This document shows, in pieces, positions 25,751 through 38,962 of a stretch of 64,000 nucleotides of DNA; within the stretch, counting starts at the first letter, position 1; every line of letters starts with the position of its first letter. The stretch lies in the NCBI GenBank assembly GCA_011109175.1, contig RDEW01000021.1, positions 569,080 through 633,079 on the forward strand, written 5' to 3'. The notes under the pieces are model-generated. The model ran no database searches, had not been told where the DNA came from, and saw only the letters and a list, made by a program, of their open reading frames with translations. This DNA is from Dicyema japonicum. Its lineage: Eukaryota > Animalia > Dicyemida. Position numbers and translations under genes: made by a program.

Positions 25751-25829
25751 CAAATCTGTTGAAACAAAGTAATAAAAAATATCAATTAATAATGTTAAAA
25801 ATTATTAAAATTAAAAAAATAAGATACCA

Positions 25830-26110
25830 TATCCACCCACCAGTCTACTTTCAGAGACGACGACGTTTAGAAATATCCATGGCTTCCTACGTATCTGTAA
25901 TGAGCTAAAAAACCAATTCAGAGAAAGGGAAGCATGCAGAGGAATTAAGACCGACCATAAAAGTGTACTCCGATATAATTCCGCTGCAGATACTTCCGGA
26001 GTGCTGTTGGATCCCTGGTGGAGAATTCGAGAGATTTGGAGGCTGGGATCACTTAATTAATTAGCTAGTACTTTCTTGTCGGTCTTGGGGTTTTAAAATA
26101 AAAAACGCAG
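25830..26110 (+). mobile_element. LINE 3' end (AGIT-stop, GGTCTTGG 3' UTR, A tail)
   Basis: Aligns with 37870-38125 along its length. Confidence 0.75.
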
Positions 26111-26129
26111 ACTTTGATATTAAATTTAG

Positions 26130-27560
26130 AAGAAGATGATCATCCCATCGGTGATGTCCTAGACAAAGGTTTCCCAGCTTCGAAAGAGATGGTCATCCCA
26201 TCAAAAGAATCTCCCTACTGTACCCACTCCATGTCAGTAACTGACTTTTATTAGAAGAAACCAGTAATTCCAATACGCTTATTAAGGTTTTGCTCCATGA
26301 TGTAGTAGTTGATCCTATATGAGGGTATGTTTTTCCGTATATCGAGTTGAGTCTGTGGACCATAGTCTTCGATAACGCTAACCGTATTGCGCGCCCCCAG
26401 GTTAACAAGGCACTTTTCGTGTTCCTCACTGATAACAGGAGTGCGCACCGTATGTGAGCATAGGCAGCACCATAGCGTTGACGCCTTTGGTACATGCATC
26501 ATGGCTCAGCTGAAAAGCCCTCATCGCACCAAACCTTTGCACAGCCCGCCTCTTAACAAGGGCGATGTGCTTCTTGGTAGCTACACATAGAGTTGAAAGT
26601 CACTCCAAGGTATCTCGTCCCCCCAGTGACCTCTATAGGTACCCCATAGATGGTCACTCTATGTATTATATTATTAGACCGCTTGAGTCCTCTGCTTTCA
26701 CACTAGCGTATGATTTCATCAACAGCAACTTGTATCCTCCGACACGCCACATCTGGTTTCCACGAGTGATCCCAGTGTCATCAACATAGACAACCATCTC
26801 CGTCCTCACATTGGCTGTTGAGGGAGCGTTGAAAAATAAATGTTAAAAAGGGCTGGGCTCAACACCGACCCTTGTGGATCTGCAACCTTTGTGCCTCACA
26901 TAATTCGTCCGGTCATCTAAGAAGCTGGAAATCCAACTTCTCAGCTCCATGGGAATTCAGGGCGCATCGAGACTGTCATGCCAGACCGAGTTGAACGCCC
27001 TCTCCACATCAAGAAATGGTGCAACTGTAAACTACTTTATTTTACTTTGGTCGCTCAATCTCAATCTCTGAGATCTCAATCTCAAAGGCAATTACGGAAT
27101 CCCATCTGAAGATCCAATAGGGTGTCTCTTATTATGCAATCTTGGGCTAACCTCTGGTGTATCACTCTCTCTCTAAGATTTTAGCGACGGCAGGCTACAG
27201 GCTAATAGAACAGTAGCAACTAGGATCTTCAATGGCTTTTCCTGGTTTCCTTACAAAAACCAGTTCCACCTCCTTTCAACACCTAGGAACGTAACCCAAC
27301 CTGAAGCTACCGTTTAACATCCCTACCATTCCCTTCAGTAGACTTACCGGGGCTTTCTTGAAGAGGACCATGGGAATCTTGTCCTGGCCCGGGGCATTGT
27401 TCTTGGACTTTTCTATAGCAGCTAGGACCTCTTCCATGGCTATTGCCTGGTAAACAGCGCTAGAGTCCCCCCGAAAGCTGCACAGTCTGCGTCCCTCTGA
27501 AGAGATAACATCCTGCATGCACGTGACGGGCAGACCTTTCGACAAATTCACTTGGACAAA
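26130..27560 (-). mobile_element. Decayed Jockey/I-like LINE RT region
   Basis: KSKNNAPGQDKIP, LDVERAFNSVWHD, PQGSVLSPALFN, YVDD and RYLGVTF motifs. Confidence 0.85.
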
Positions 27561-27819
27561 CTATCGAGATAGAACCAAAACTTACTGCGAAAATCTCCGC
27601 GATCTCGGCAAGGTCCGAGGTTTTAGATCCATCCGATTGCGTGAGGTAGTCAATTGCATATTGACTTAGTTGTTTTAGGTGAATCGGAGATACTTTGTGC
27701 GGGCCCGTGAGTTCTTTGATATGGCAATAACCCCTGAGACTTGCTTGTCTGAGAATAATTCTTAATAAGATCCCTTCTTCGGTTTATGGGCACATTGATA
27801 TCCAGGTGTTTAGAGAATG

Positions 27820-28734
27820 TTTGAAGCTGATCGCAGGAAATGTTTCATAAGTAGGTTAGGCTGTATATGTGTTCTGGAGAAAGGCAATTGGTTCCATTTG
27901 CATCTTCCGACTCAGATTTACATTGTCAGCCTTTTGAATAGGCACATCGAGTGTAGTTACGACAAGAGTCTTTTGGCCAATTCTATGTCAACGAAGTGAC
28001 CCCAGTCAAGACCAATCAACCTTCCTAAAGTTTTTGAATCTTTTCACTTCAGTCTTCAGTGTCCAGAGTCTTCGAAATCCTCTTAACATGAGAAGAATGG
28101 GACTCTGGTAGCTGGAAAAGCCATAATTCACATTCCATGAAGCAAGTCATGTTAAAAGGGGGAACATAAGGTTAAATCGGGAGATATGCATCCATCAGTG
28201 CTCCCTAATTGGGTTCTTGTGTTCAATTTAGGGTCATTCAGGATAATCATATCAATAAGACCATTTGCAATGAACTCGTCTCGGTTGTCAGGACTGTGGA
28301 GCAAGCCAAACGGGACGTCTTGCATTAAGGTCGCCACAAATTAAAAACTTCTTCAATGATGAGAGGAGTGGTAGATTGGGGATGTAGTATGTTGAACAGG
28401 ATCCTTGTGGAGGAATGTATAAATTGACCAAATTAATCCAAAGAGAAGGGAACAGGTAATCTGCTCCATAGTATTATTAAGTCTCCACGTAGACCAGGGT
28501 TTGTTTCAATGTCGTCACACTGTAGATCATGGGGGGAGAAATTCATATCTCTTTTTGTTGTTTCAGAATGTATGACATTTATGTTTAGTCGGACTATTCT
28601 GGCTGGTCTAGGGTTTGCTCCAACGTCTCCGCAGCGGCGCAGGCCTTCCTTATTGGTCCACCCGTGAAGATAGGGTAAAGTGTGGTTCTTTTTTTCCAAA
28701 TGCCACCACGTCGTCGGCGAGCCACATGACATTT
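27820..28734 (-). mobile_element. 5' part of an Ingi/Vingi-like LINE: pseudoknot head, two 2A-like motifs, APE remnants
   Basis: The head is homologous to 49226-49294. GDVGANPRP (28630-28604) is followed by RIVRLNIN, then DDIETNPGL (28516-28490). NLYIPP, ICGDLNA and ISPDLTLCSP follow. Confidence 0.75.
28681..28734 (-). ncRNA. HDV-like pseudoknot at a LINE 5' end, with P4 and the catalytic C deleted
   Basis: P1 AAATGTCA/TGGCATTT (8 pairs), P2 TGTGGCTC/GAACCACA (7 of 8), P3 CCG/TGG. Confidence 0.45.
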
Positions 28735-29883
28735 TTTTACTTCTAATAGAATGAGGAGTATCCCAAATTGAATTTGACAGAAAATAAATATCCTCAATAG
28801 CACATTTATATTCCATACTCTGCAATTACACACAATACTACAATTAAACTAATCCACGTGTTTACATGACATTGTAGAGTAGAATTATCTCTAACCAGTT
28901 TACTCATCACAAAAAAATATCTATGTAAAACACGATATGAAGGAGTAGGGAGCATGACCAATGCTATTTGTAAAGCAGAAACATTCTTAATAGCCAAACA
29001 AGCATTAATGAGACAACCAAAAGGAGGTGGAATAATATCCCCGATCACTAACATTTTAACTGGTAATAAATGAAAACATAGTCCTAATCATATCAGAGCT
29101 TAGATTACAAACATCTAAATAATCGTAAATGATACTTTTAACCAATGCTGAATAATATAAATCCAACAAATTGGAGATACTAATGTTATCACTAACCCCC
29201 GTGATTAGTCCTATTTGTTCACTTGTATTATCAATATAAAGCATGTTATCTATTATTGTACACCCATCTATTATTATATTCAGAGAATTTACTATTTGGT
29301 CACCACTCCCCACAAGTTCACCCTTAAGACTACTAATTAATATACAATTTACAATTCCAAACAAAACTCCTTATATACAAGTTCTATTTGTCCCGGAGTA
29401 AGTACTACACCATTTATTGACTTATAAAATGGTAATATTGTAGCTGCTATCTCCTCTATGTCCTGATTATCACTATTTGCATCAAATCTTTAATATATAG
29501 ATTTTATTACCTATAGAGACTATCCCCGTCTGAGAAAGGAACATCCGGGGACTCATCAACGGGGACTATGAGTCCACACTGACGAAACTTTTCAAGTATT
29601 TTGACAATCTTTTGACTGAGTGTATGATAATAAACTAAACCGAGTGACTCCCTGTCTGTAAATAGAGGATGCATTCCTCATGAAAGAATAGAGAATATTT
29701 GCAGCATCGTTACCATTAAAACAATTAGAATGAACCATCCAGTTGCATATATATGTTTTCAATGGTAGATTTGCCTTTAGTCCATCAAATAATGCTAACC
29801 ACTAAGGTATATTTTACAATAGTAACAATCTCTTTGGCTGTCTCTACATTAGCAAATTGTGCTGTTACATCAATATCATCCAT
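28735..29883 (-). CDS. DEP-domain plus RhoGAP-like protein (DEPDC1/DEPDC7/LET-99 family) with micro-introns; the 3' end abuts a LINE
   Basis: After removing GT-AG introns 29802-29826 (25 nt), 29616-29640 (25), 29488-29510 (23), 29333-29352 (20), 29060-29077 (18, tentative) and 28820-28841 (22), it reads AKEIWLALFDGLKANLPLK..SNCFNGNDAANILYSFM..GVTRQKIVKILEKF..FSDGDSLYRF and ALQIALVMLPTPSYRVLH. This matches the DEPDC1 pattern ATKLW..CF.A.EAV..VTRQQTIQLLRKF..LYRF and ALQLCCLLLP. Confidence 0.8.
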
Positions 29884-30745
29884 ATTACAAATTTATTACC
29901 TTTAATATTTTATTATTTCTATTGGGTTGCCAATATAATATTTTTATTATTAAACAAATTATTATAAATTCCTTTATAAATTAAATCTTTCGTCTGACTA
30001 AAATTCTTGAAAAGTTAGTTCTTTTGAAAATCATGGATATTCAAAAAAGAAAGGTCGACATGTACTAATTTTGTATTTGTGACCAATTTCATTCCCATTG
30101 GGTTTCACACGGTTCTTGTTTAGTGATCGCCACTTCCATCAGAAAAAATCAATATATGATAATTTTTAGTTAATTTTTATTACTAAGTAACCAGTCAAAT
30201 AGGAAAATCGTCTAGAGCATTGATTAGGAGGTTATTCCAGCCAAAACATGTGGAATAACTAACGAATTCATTAGATTGCACATAAAGATCCTCCTAGCAT
30301 ATGGTTTTCCACAACATTTTCTCAGTTTATCAAAGTTTTATAATACCAAACCAACCTCACATGCCGGTTAATAAGGATGTTCAATTATAAGATCAGCTAT
30401 ATAATCAGCATATTTGTTAATGACAAATCCACCTATCTATGGAATATATATTAACTATTACAAAGCTAAATTTAAGAAATCGGATTTTATGCAACTGAGA
30501 TAAATTAAATGAGTCATCATATCGTTACTAATATTATAACTCTGGGAATATAATTCTCAAAATAAGTGAGTTTGTGTCTTATTGAGTGGCTGAAAATGAA
30601 TTATAAAGTCACATTTTATTATAAAATCCATCCATACTTTTAATATTAGAATATTCTGATCACGAACTTATTGAAATTATGCAAATGTAATATTATTTAG
30701 TTCATTAATGATGAATGACATTTTAATAGAATTGTTGTAACATTG

Positions 30746-31596
30746 ATGGATAATGATATCTTCTGCCCCCAATTGTTTTATGATAATCTTCAAGAAAGTA
30801 CATTTTTTACTTCCAATTTTTTTGAAAACGATTACCATAATGACTATGCACTCCAAAGATATCAGATTCCTTCATATGAGTATTTTACTGCAAATCATCA
30901 AACTGTCCAACAGGATCTGTTCATACCATGCTATCAACTCCCTAACAGTAAGTTTCTTATTCACAACATTTGTAATCATTGTTATTCTAGGCATCAAACA
31001 GATTCTTTTTACAATTTCAATGATATATACCTTCCTCGTAACCAACAAGGTTTTAATGATCTCTCAGAGATAAAAGGTTTTTGTAATTACATTTGTCCTA
31101 CACAACACAATATTAAAAAAATAGAAGAATCCGATGATATAAAATTTGATAAAATATTACATTCAAATTTGTTTATTGCCAATTACTTCAAGAGTGAGAG
31201 AATTAGACTTGGATATTCTCAAGCAGACATTGCTTTGTTTATGAAAAGGAATGGACATCCAATATGTCAGACAACCGTGTGTCGCTATGAGTCAAAAAAA
31301 CTATCAAATTCTTGTATGGAAAAACTTAAAGAATCCTTCATTGACACTTTTAAATTATTGAACAAGTATTTATTAAGCAAATTAGAAATCAAATCACTTC
31401 CAAAGATTCCGAAAAAAGGAGATGGTTTAATGCCAAAACTAAGAGATATTTGGAGGATATGTTTTCTAAAAATATTTATCCAGGAAAGACAGAGATCGTA
31501 ACTGCTACAAAAATGATTAATTTGCCTGAATATGTTATCAAAATTTGGTTTGGTAATCGGAGACAGAAAGCTCGTCGTGAGTCATACATGAAATAA
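30746..31596 (+). CDS. Divergent POU-class homeodomain transcription factor
   Basis: POU-specific domain FKSERIRLGYSQADIA..QTTVCRYE..LS..CMEKLK. Removing a 20-nt GT-AG intron (31366-31385) joins it to the homeodomain KRRWFNAKTKRYLEDMF..P...EI......L.EYVIKIWFGNRRQKARR, stop at 31594-31596. Confidence 0.9.
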
Positions 31597-31675
31597 TACT
31601 AATTTATTAATCTTTGATAAATTTCTGTGTTTAATATAATTTATTAATCAATCTCTTCCATTGGTGCCAAGTCAT

Positions 31676-31889
31676 AAGTTATCTGTTTAATTTATTGGAT
31701 CCCTAAGGCCTCACAATTTTGCTCTTGCTTCTTGTATCAATAATCAATAATTCAACGTGAATCGATATTTACTCATTTATGAAAGTTATCTGTTTAATTT
31801 ATTGGATCCCTAAGGCCTCACAATTTTGCTCTTGCTTCTTGTATCAATAATCAATGATTCAACGTGAATCGATGTCTACTCATTTATGA
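31676..31889. repeat. 107-bp tandem duplication (3 mismatches)
   Basis: 31676-31782 versus 31783-31889. Confidence 0.9.
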
Positions 31890-32149
31890 TGACCGTCTTT
31901 GTCAAGTCGAATGAAAGCACGTTTGACTATCTTTATCGAAACTTGGGAGGAATTAGCTTTAGAGAAATTTATACTTTTTGGACTGCTCTAATCTCAACAG
32001 TTTTTCTCTGATGGCAAAACACTCTCCTATACTGGACGATATTTGTTCGTCCGTCTGTCCCGATCCTTTAGTCGCAGACTAAATGTATATATGACATCAG
32101 GGAGCTGTGGACTTGTGGAGGACCTATACCTTAATGTACTCTTATCAGA

Positions 32150-32395
32150 AAGCGTATTCGAGATGTGTCTTTAAAAAAAAGATGGAGCACCTTGAAAGCA
32201 TTGGAGGATCAGAAGAGAAAGAAGTATCGGAGAATTACTTAGGATAACTTGTTTGTCTCATTTGTTGTTAAGTTGTCAGGAGTCCTTGGCCCACAAGCCG
32301 AGGATCTAGTCCGTAAGATCGGCTCAATGATTCGAGAGCGTATCTCGATAGCTATTGTCAGAAGGAACATCATGGCTATTCAAGATTCCTAAATT
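32150..32395 (+). mobile_element. CRE-like RLE C-terminal fragment
   Basis: EDQKRKKYR..FVSFVV..SGVLGPQAEDLVRKIG..RISIAIVRRNIMAI. Confidence 0.65.
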
Positions 32396-32519
32396 ATTTA
32401 ATTTTGGTAACAAAACATGATTGTTGTTAATATTTAATTGAAAGACTTGACTTCTCTAATTTTAACTTTAAAAAAGATAATCTTAAGATCCACCTGATTC
32501 TAACGATCAAAATCAAACG

Positions 32520-33760
32520 CAGATCTCCCTGGACATTGCGCGAATGATTAAGGGGTAATTGGAGATTTTGTGCTAAGGATGACTAACAAAATTACTTTCC
32601 ATGGTAAACAATTAGAGTTTACTCCAAAAATCTCACTTTTTGTCCATAGTACCTCCTGATCTGTTAAGAGGTGGGTTGCCCGTGTTTTCTCGGTCGATAT
32701 TATGGCGTGCTTCCTAGCAGACACACTTGACCCAGCTATCAGGGTGTCGTGCATTCGCATTAGGATACGCTCACTTAGTTGGACTACTCCACACAGTCCA
32801 CGGCCGAATTTATCACGGGGTAAATATAGTCTCTCCTTATTGGCTGCCAGCACATGGTTCTCTCTGAGTACTTCACGGATCATAGCATCCATATCATCAT
32901 ACTCTTTGGGCTCAAATTCCACAACACCTATGTAGTAGTTTAGCAGCGAGACAGCATACTCATTTAATGTAGGAACAAATTCCTTCCATTTAGAGACGTC
33001 TTACATAATAACGCTGCTCTTTTACGGATGCCTTCAGTAATTTGTCGCTTTGTCTCAGGCATTATAAGGGACTTTGGAGTTTCGGTAACACCCAGATACT
33101 TATATCTTTCGTGTTCCTCTAGGACTCTTACTAACTCGCTACATACTTGCGTGTTAGTCGCAGACTTTGAATAATTCAAATCTAGTCTTATACTCTCAAA
33201 GAATTCTCTGGCACAGACCCCCATGGAGTAGAGCTCCTCGGCTGTTCGAGCATACATCTTTAGGTCATCGATAAAAAGAAGGTGATTTGTACTGAAACAA
33301 ACCCCCTCACAATGAACTGGTATTTGCTCAAACCGGTCATTGAGGCGGCGACTCAATGGCTCCAAACAGAGATAAAAGAACAGCGGAGACATGCTATCCC
33401 CCTGAAGGATCCCCCTCCTGAGTTTTACCTCGCCTATCCGGCGCCTATTATAGTTCAGATGAATACTCCACCTATTCATCACAGCCACTACAAAGCTGAT
33501 GAACCACACAGGCATACACAGACTGTGTAGGCACTCGACAAGGTAAGAACTGAATCGTCTTTTGCCCCCTGACAATTTCGCACAGTAATTAACTGATTCT
33601 CGGAGAGAATCCCATTTGCTTCTACAAAGCTCCTGACCTCATTAGCCACCAAGTTGGTCATCAGTTAATACAGGGTTGGCATGCAGGTCATCGGTCTATA
33701 ATCTGCAGAAGACTGAGGGTTGTCTAGCTTTTTGGATTTGAAATCAAGCATATCACCACC
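32520..33760 (-). mobile_element. R4/Dong-like non-LTR RT fragment
   Basis: DYRPMTCMPTLY, RGILQGDSMSPLFF, NHLLFIDDLKMY, YKYLGV and ERLYLPRDKFGRGL motifs. Confidence 0.85.
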
Positions 33761-34199
33761 AAATAAGAAGGGGACAAGAGGGGATATTTTTTGCGTCACA
33801 TGTGATCAAGTGACTTTCAACAAGGAAGAGAATGTAATGTCTCATAATCCCGACAGAAGATCCAAACCCTGTTAATTAGTTTTTCGTTTCTTAACTATAA
33901 TTAGTCTTGGGAGTAAATCAAATTATGTTTGGTCTCATTTTCATGACTATTGTTTTATTCCATTGAAAATAATGGCTTCATTAATGGTAATAATCGATTT
34001 AGAACGATTAGTTTGATTTACTTGGCTCGATGCTCCTCCCTTGATCCTACACATGCTAATTAGGGTTGGGTTATCTACTGATCCATGTGTTTCACATTCA
34101 AATATTTTTTAAAGCATTTTTAATAAAAGCAAACAAGGAAATATTATAATGATTTAAGCGGCTCCTCTAATAAATAAAGCGCATCCCCTTTTTAGTTTT

Positions 34200-34650
34200 T
34201 GCAAGGAATTACGTTCAATGGACCTGCTCTTCTGTATTATCGTTTTTCTTCCTCACAATAAGCGTGCCAATGGATCGCAAGAAAATCAGAGAACTCGATC
34301 CGATCACCTCCTATGTATTGACCAAAATGTGGTTGAAAATGAAACTTACTCTTAGGCTTTCTTACTTTTTTCTATTAAGAAAATCGAGAAAATGCAAATG
34401 AGAACTTACAGAATAACGGAGCGTTGGATTTGTGAAGATCACCGAACCGGATCTACGCTTCTGGAGTCCCTTATGAGACTAGATTCCAGATAACGGGAAG
34501 ATGGACCTGAAAATTAAGGCAGCTGTCTGAAACGTGCATGAGCGGGCACAAAGGAAGAACAACGGGCAAAGATTATGTCTCTGTTAGAATGCATCGGGAT
34601 CACGTGATAATTAATTTGGTTTTAACCGTGGTCTTAGGTTAAATAAAAAA
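34200..34650 (+). mobile_element. LINE 3' fragment ending IGIT-stop
   Basis: GGGATCACGTGA at 34596-34607, GGTCTTAGG, A-rich tail; homologous to 58815-58900. Confidence 0.65.
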
Positions 34651-35683
34651 TAGAACTATTTATCTTATTTATTCAAAATCAAAAGGGGGTAATAATAATA
34701 ATAAAATCAAAAGGATCCACTTAAATTCTTGCGTTTGCAATGTGGTGCAGATTTTTACAACGAAGCGATGAAGCCATCTCGCTTGTTATGACACGCAAAA
34801 CACAAGCATACTTAATCACTAGAAAAAGATATTGAATTCTTAAGAAGCCTAAAGCTAAACTATAACAAAAGGATAAAACTACTTTCATTAATACCTACAA
34901 TTCCTACATCTATTCAGGACTATTGTACTCATGTAAAGTCGCAGAAATTATCACCAATACTGGTTTTTCTTTATTTTAATTTATGTAGGTAATTCTCATT
35001 CCATTGCTGAGAGAGTTTTGTGTAAAATAGTTCATGAACATATTCTGCAGAGGGAATCTATCCAATTACTAAAATAATATTCCATGCAGTAACGATCCAA
35101 TGCGGAATTGACGAGATGTCTGAAGATCTCGAACATTAATTAATTATTAATCTCAGAAAAAACAAAATTATCAGTACTACTTGAAGAATCAGTTGTATTT
35201 GATAATCAATCCGTTTAATGTCATGTGTGAGGTACAATAAATATAGCATTTTAAAAATATTTTGACGATAACTGTAATTAGAATGAAGGATTATTATTTA
35301 TTTTATTAACCATATGATGAGTAACAAGTCCAATAATTTAAGTATCTGCGAAAGACGGGACATCAGAGAACCTCTTACTAAAACATCTCAAAAATAGAGC
35401 ACCTGGTGGCCAAGGTCAGAGGTCACATTAATAATTTTTTTTTATAAAAAATACTAATTAATCAGTGGGATCGATCCCCAGGGCAAGAGCAACTGTCCAA
35501 GTGAGTCATGGATTGCAGGGTAAATCGTATGAGAGGTTTACCGTCTTATTTATTGATAGACACGGTTTAATAATTTTTTCTCTACGAATATTATTGAAGG
35601 CATTGCGGAGGTCCAATTTAATCATTATATTCTGACAATCCAGTGAACTCATTATGAAATTACGAGCAAATTGTATTTCCGCC

Positions 35684-37130
35684 TCAAATCAACGGGGAAT
35701 CCCAACTCCAAATTGAGTTGGTGTCAGTTAAGGACTTATGACAACAGGCTGCTTTGGTAGCGATTCTAGCTGTCATACGCCTTAGGAAATTCCCAATAGC
35801 GATGATTCTTATCCAATCGCAGGGCTTCCTGAAAGATATCAGTCTGGAATCAAATAAGAGTACAACTACCAAGTCTGTGAGAGCTTTTATTGAGTCCATT
35901 AGAGTGTTTCTCACATCGGCAATGGTTACAGAAATAAGGTCCTTTATATGGCAGACATAGGCCATCAATTCCGGCTGCTACCTCCAGGAAAAGATAATTC
36001 AGTTTATCAGTGACAGTGATTGATAGATGTGGAGTGTCCATTGTATCTTACGTAGATCTATTAGAACTGGTGGGTGCTTTTCTATGATCAGTTCGAGTGA
36101 ATCTCTTGTTAGAAAAACTACATTGTCGTTGCTATGAGTGGTCGCAACAACCAATAAATATCTCCCACCATGGTTTTCCTGTTTACCTCAGCACACATAT
36201 CTCGCTCACGACTCCTTCCCCTGGGGGATGATACGGGGTCTTCATCAATTAACAAATTTCCAATCGTGGTTTTGAAGTTAAAACTTTCGTATCTCGAGGC
36301 ATTTATTTGGATAATTGAGATTTCTTTCAGTTCCGTCGAGTAAACTTCCAGTACAAGAGGTGCAAAGCAGATAAGACGGATCCATGCATTCCCAAGAAGC
36401 AGCACTCCTAAAAGGTAGTCCAAACATGGTACGAAGGAGGTTCACTTCTCTAGTCAGGGATATGGAGGATTTTCGACTTAGTTTATAGTAGTCAAGGTGT
36501 CCGAATTTTGAATGTAAGAGTATTTATAGTTAGTTTTCGCTGTTTTACTACAGACCTGACAGGGAAGGGTGTTCCCGAGGTAAGGTTTAAGATAAAAATC
36601 AGAGATCCAGGTCCGGAGGATATTCAAACCACACTTTTGGATTATCTGTAGAAGTTATACTTTGAGTAGAAAATTGCGGAATACGGAACTATAAAAAACT
36701 TGGGGCTACGGTAAAAAAACTTGACTTTACGTACTTGCATAGTTGTTTTTTAAATTTTAATTATTGTTTTTTTTTATAAATTGAATCTAAAGTCAATGTT
36801 CCCTGCCGACATAATCGATGATTGCAACAAAGATCAACTTAAGAAGTCACTGAATCTCACCTCCGTCGTGGCATTTTAGTGTAAACAGACGTCTTAGTTT
36901 TTTGAAAAAACGAAGCGATTTCCCGCTTATTTCTTCAGTTTTCTCAACTACGATGGGTCGGAACGTGAGCCGGTCTAACAGCACTTCATATTTTTTCATG
37001 GCCTTAGCTTTTTCCGTGGCATACAGCGTGTCTACCACGATTCCGGCAATGCTAGATGAACAAATGGGGTCAATGCACGTGGCATCCCATAAAAATGGTT
37101 TCCGTTACCCGATCGTGAAGATTTAGTTAT
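35684..37130 (-). mobile_element. CRE-like non-LTR fragments (RT N-part and RLE C-part)
   Basis: LISFRKPCDWIRIIAIGNFLRRMTAR (cf. L.AL.K..GGIRPIAVG..LRRL); RKPFLWDATC..; KKYEVL..TFRPIVVE. Confidence 0.65.
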
Positions 37131-37779
37131 TTACGTCCTGTCCCTTCGATTAAAAGAAACCTGTGGCTAACAAGAACATCATAGTAAAGAGTGGACGTTC
37201 CCTGGATGGAGAGATTATATTAATTATTGTTAGAATACTGTAAACCCCCATTATTCCGAACTTCAATAGTCCAAATTTTTTGTTGAGTTTACATTTTAAA
37301 TTTAAAATCTTACAGTCCCACATAGTTAACAGCTAAACACTAAATGAAATTAATTTGAATAGACAAAATATAATTTATAAGTTAAAACAAGTCAACTCTG
37401 ATGTATTCCTTTACATGGGTGGAACTGGAATCTTCAATTTTTTCTAGAAAAATTTCATCTAAAGGAAGAAAGGCATAATGCAATCAAAAGTGAACATTAA
37501 TCAAAGGAATAAAAGACAGAGACAATTATTTATGACTTTATTAAACATAATTTTTTGATTTTAAATTTCATGTTACATTTGAAAACATAAATATTAATCA
37601 CAATGTAACTTATTTTCAAAATCCGAAAGACACACAATTTTTTTGTTCAGACTAACGAGGTTTTACTGCATATACTTTTACACTTAAAAAATATTATTAA
37701 TTATAAAATAGCCAAAAAGTTGGTATTTGTTAATGCATCCAACCAATATTTCGATTAATATTAATAATATTCTAATTTG

Positions 37780-38130
37780 AACTCTCTCAGACGGAAAATC
37801 ATGCGGCATATGCAATCAGACATCATATCCATCCCCAGTCTCCTTTAGAAAAGGCGACAGTGCCAAGTGGTCAGGGCTTCCTACGTATGTGCAATGAGCT
37901 AGGAAACCCATTCAGAGAAAGGGCGGCCCATGTAGATGAATTCAGATGACAATAATAAGTCTACCCCAATAGAATTCTTCTGCAGAAACAAATTAAGACA
38001 CCTCACGAACGCTGTTGGTTCACTAGCGGAGCATTCGAAAAGAATTCGAGAGATGTTGAAGGCTGGGATCACTTAATTTAGCGAGTTAATACTTTCTTTC
38101 TTGGTGGTCTTGGGTTTTAAAATATATAAC
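37780..38130 (+). mobile_element. LINE 3' end (MLKAGIT-stop)
   Basis: Homologous to 25880-26105. Confidence 0.75.
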
Positions 38131-38962
38131 AACATTTTAAATTGAGACTTTATTGAAAGACAGATTTATTAAGACAAATAAGAGTTTTATTAGTCAGTTA
38201 AAAATATAATCAAACTCAAAGTAATAAATAAAAATTAAAGCCATTAAATGTAACGAGAAACCAAAATACCTTAAATTTAAAAAATTCTTACCAATAAATT
38301 TCTATGTACAAATCTATTTGAAGAGAACGTGGGGGATGGAGATGTAATTAATTAATACAAGAGTCCAGACTGATTTGAATGCTTTTGACAAAATCGGCGG
38401 ATATCATTCGTTTAGTGAACTGATGACCATCCTTATACTTTAATAGTTGCGTGTAAAAACATGTAAAAGTTCATGAAGAAAATGTAATATCCTGGGTAGA
38501 CTCCATGCCAAATAGCCATCAAAAATCAGTTTGATTCGTTTATATGGAATATTTTTAATATAAAGAATGTAACGGAACCATTTCACTATATTTATGTTCT
38601 AACTAGCAACATGTGAAAAATAAACTAAGATTGACTTCTAAAAATACCCTAGACCAATAATATCCATACCACATATCGGTTTTTTATCATATTCAAATCC
38701 AACCAAGTTAAAAAGTCAGTCGGCTAAATTAAAGAGCACTTAATGCACAACAAAGTATTACTATAATCCTGCGACGGGATAAACACATTTGTGAAAATAA
38801 AAACGAAAAAAACTGATTTTATTTCCTTTGATTCGAATAAAATAAACGAAACCATAAATGGACAAGGGCTACCCCCATATTGTTCCAAATCTGCTAATAA
38901 CCAAATAATTAATAAAGAAATTAATTTCCTTTAAACAGATTTATGGGAGTACTGTTATTAAA

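Noticed and set aside
30948-30990. GTAAGT...TAG 43-nt candidate intron in the POU gene
   Set aside because: Splicing it shifts the frame into a stop, while the unspliced frame is open through the POU domain.
31412-31417. Homopolymer deletion as the cause of the POU frame break
   Set aside because: Not excluded, but a 20-nt GT-AG intron at 31366-31385 restores the frame and matches the intron sizes of neighbouring genes.
35398-35500. tRNA-like A box (TGGCCAAGG) and B box (GGATCGATCC)
   Set aside because: No acceptor stem or anticodon arm, and the boxes are split by an AT-rich tract. At most a SINE remnant.
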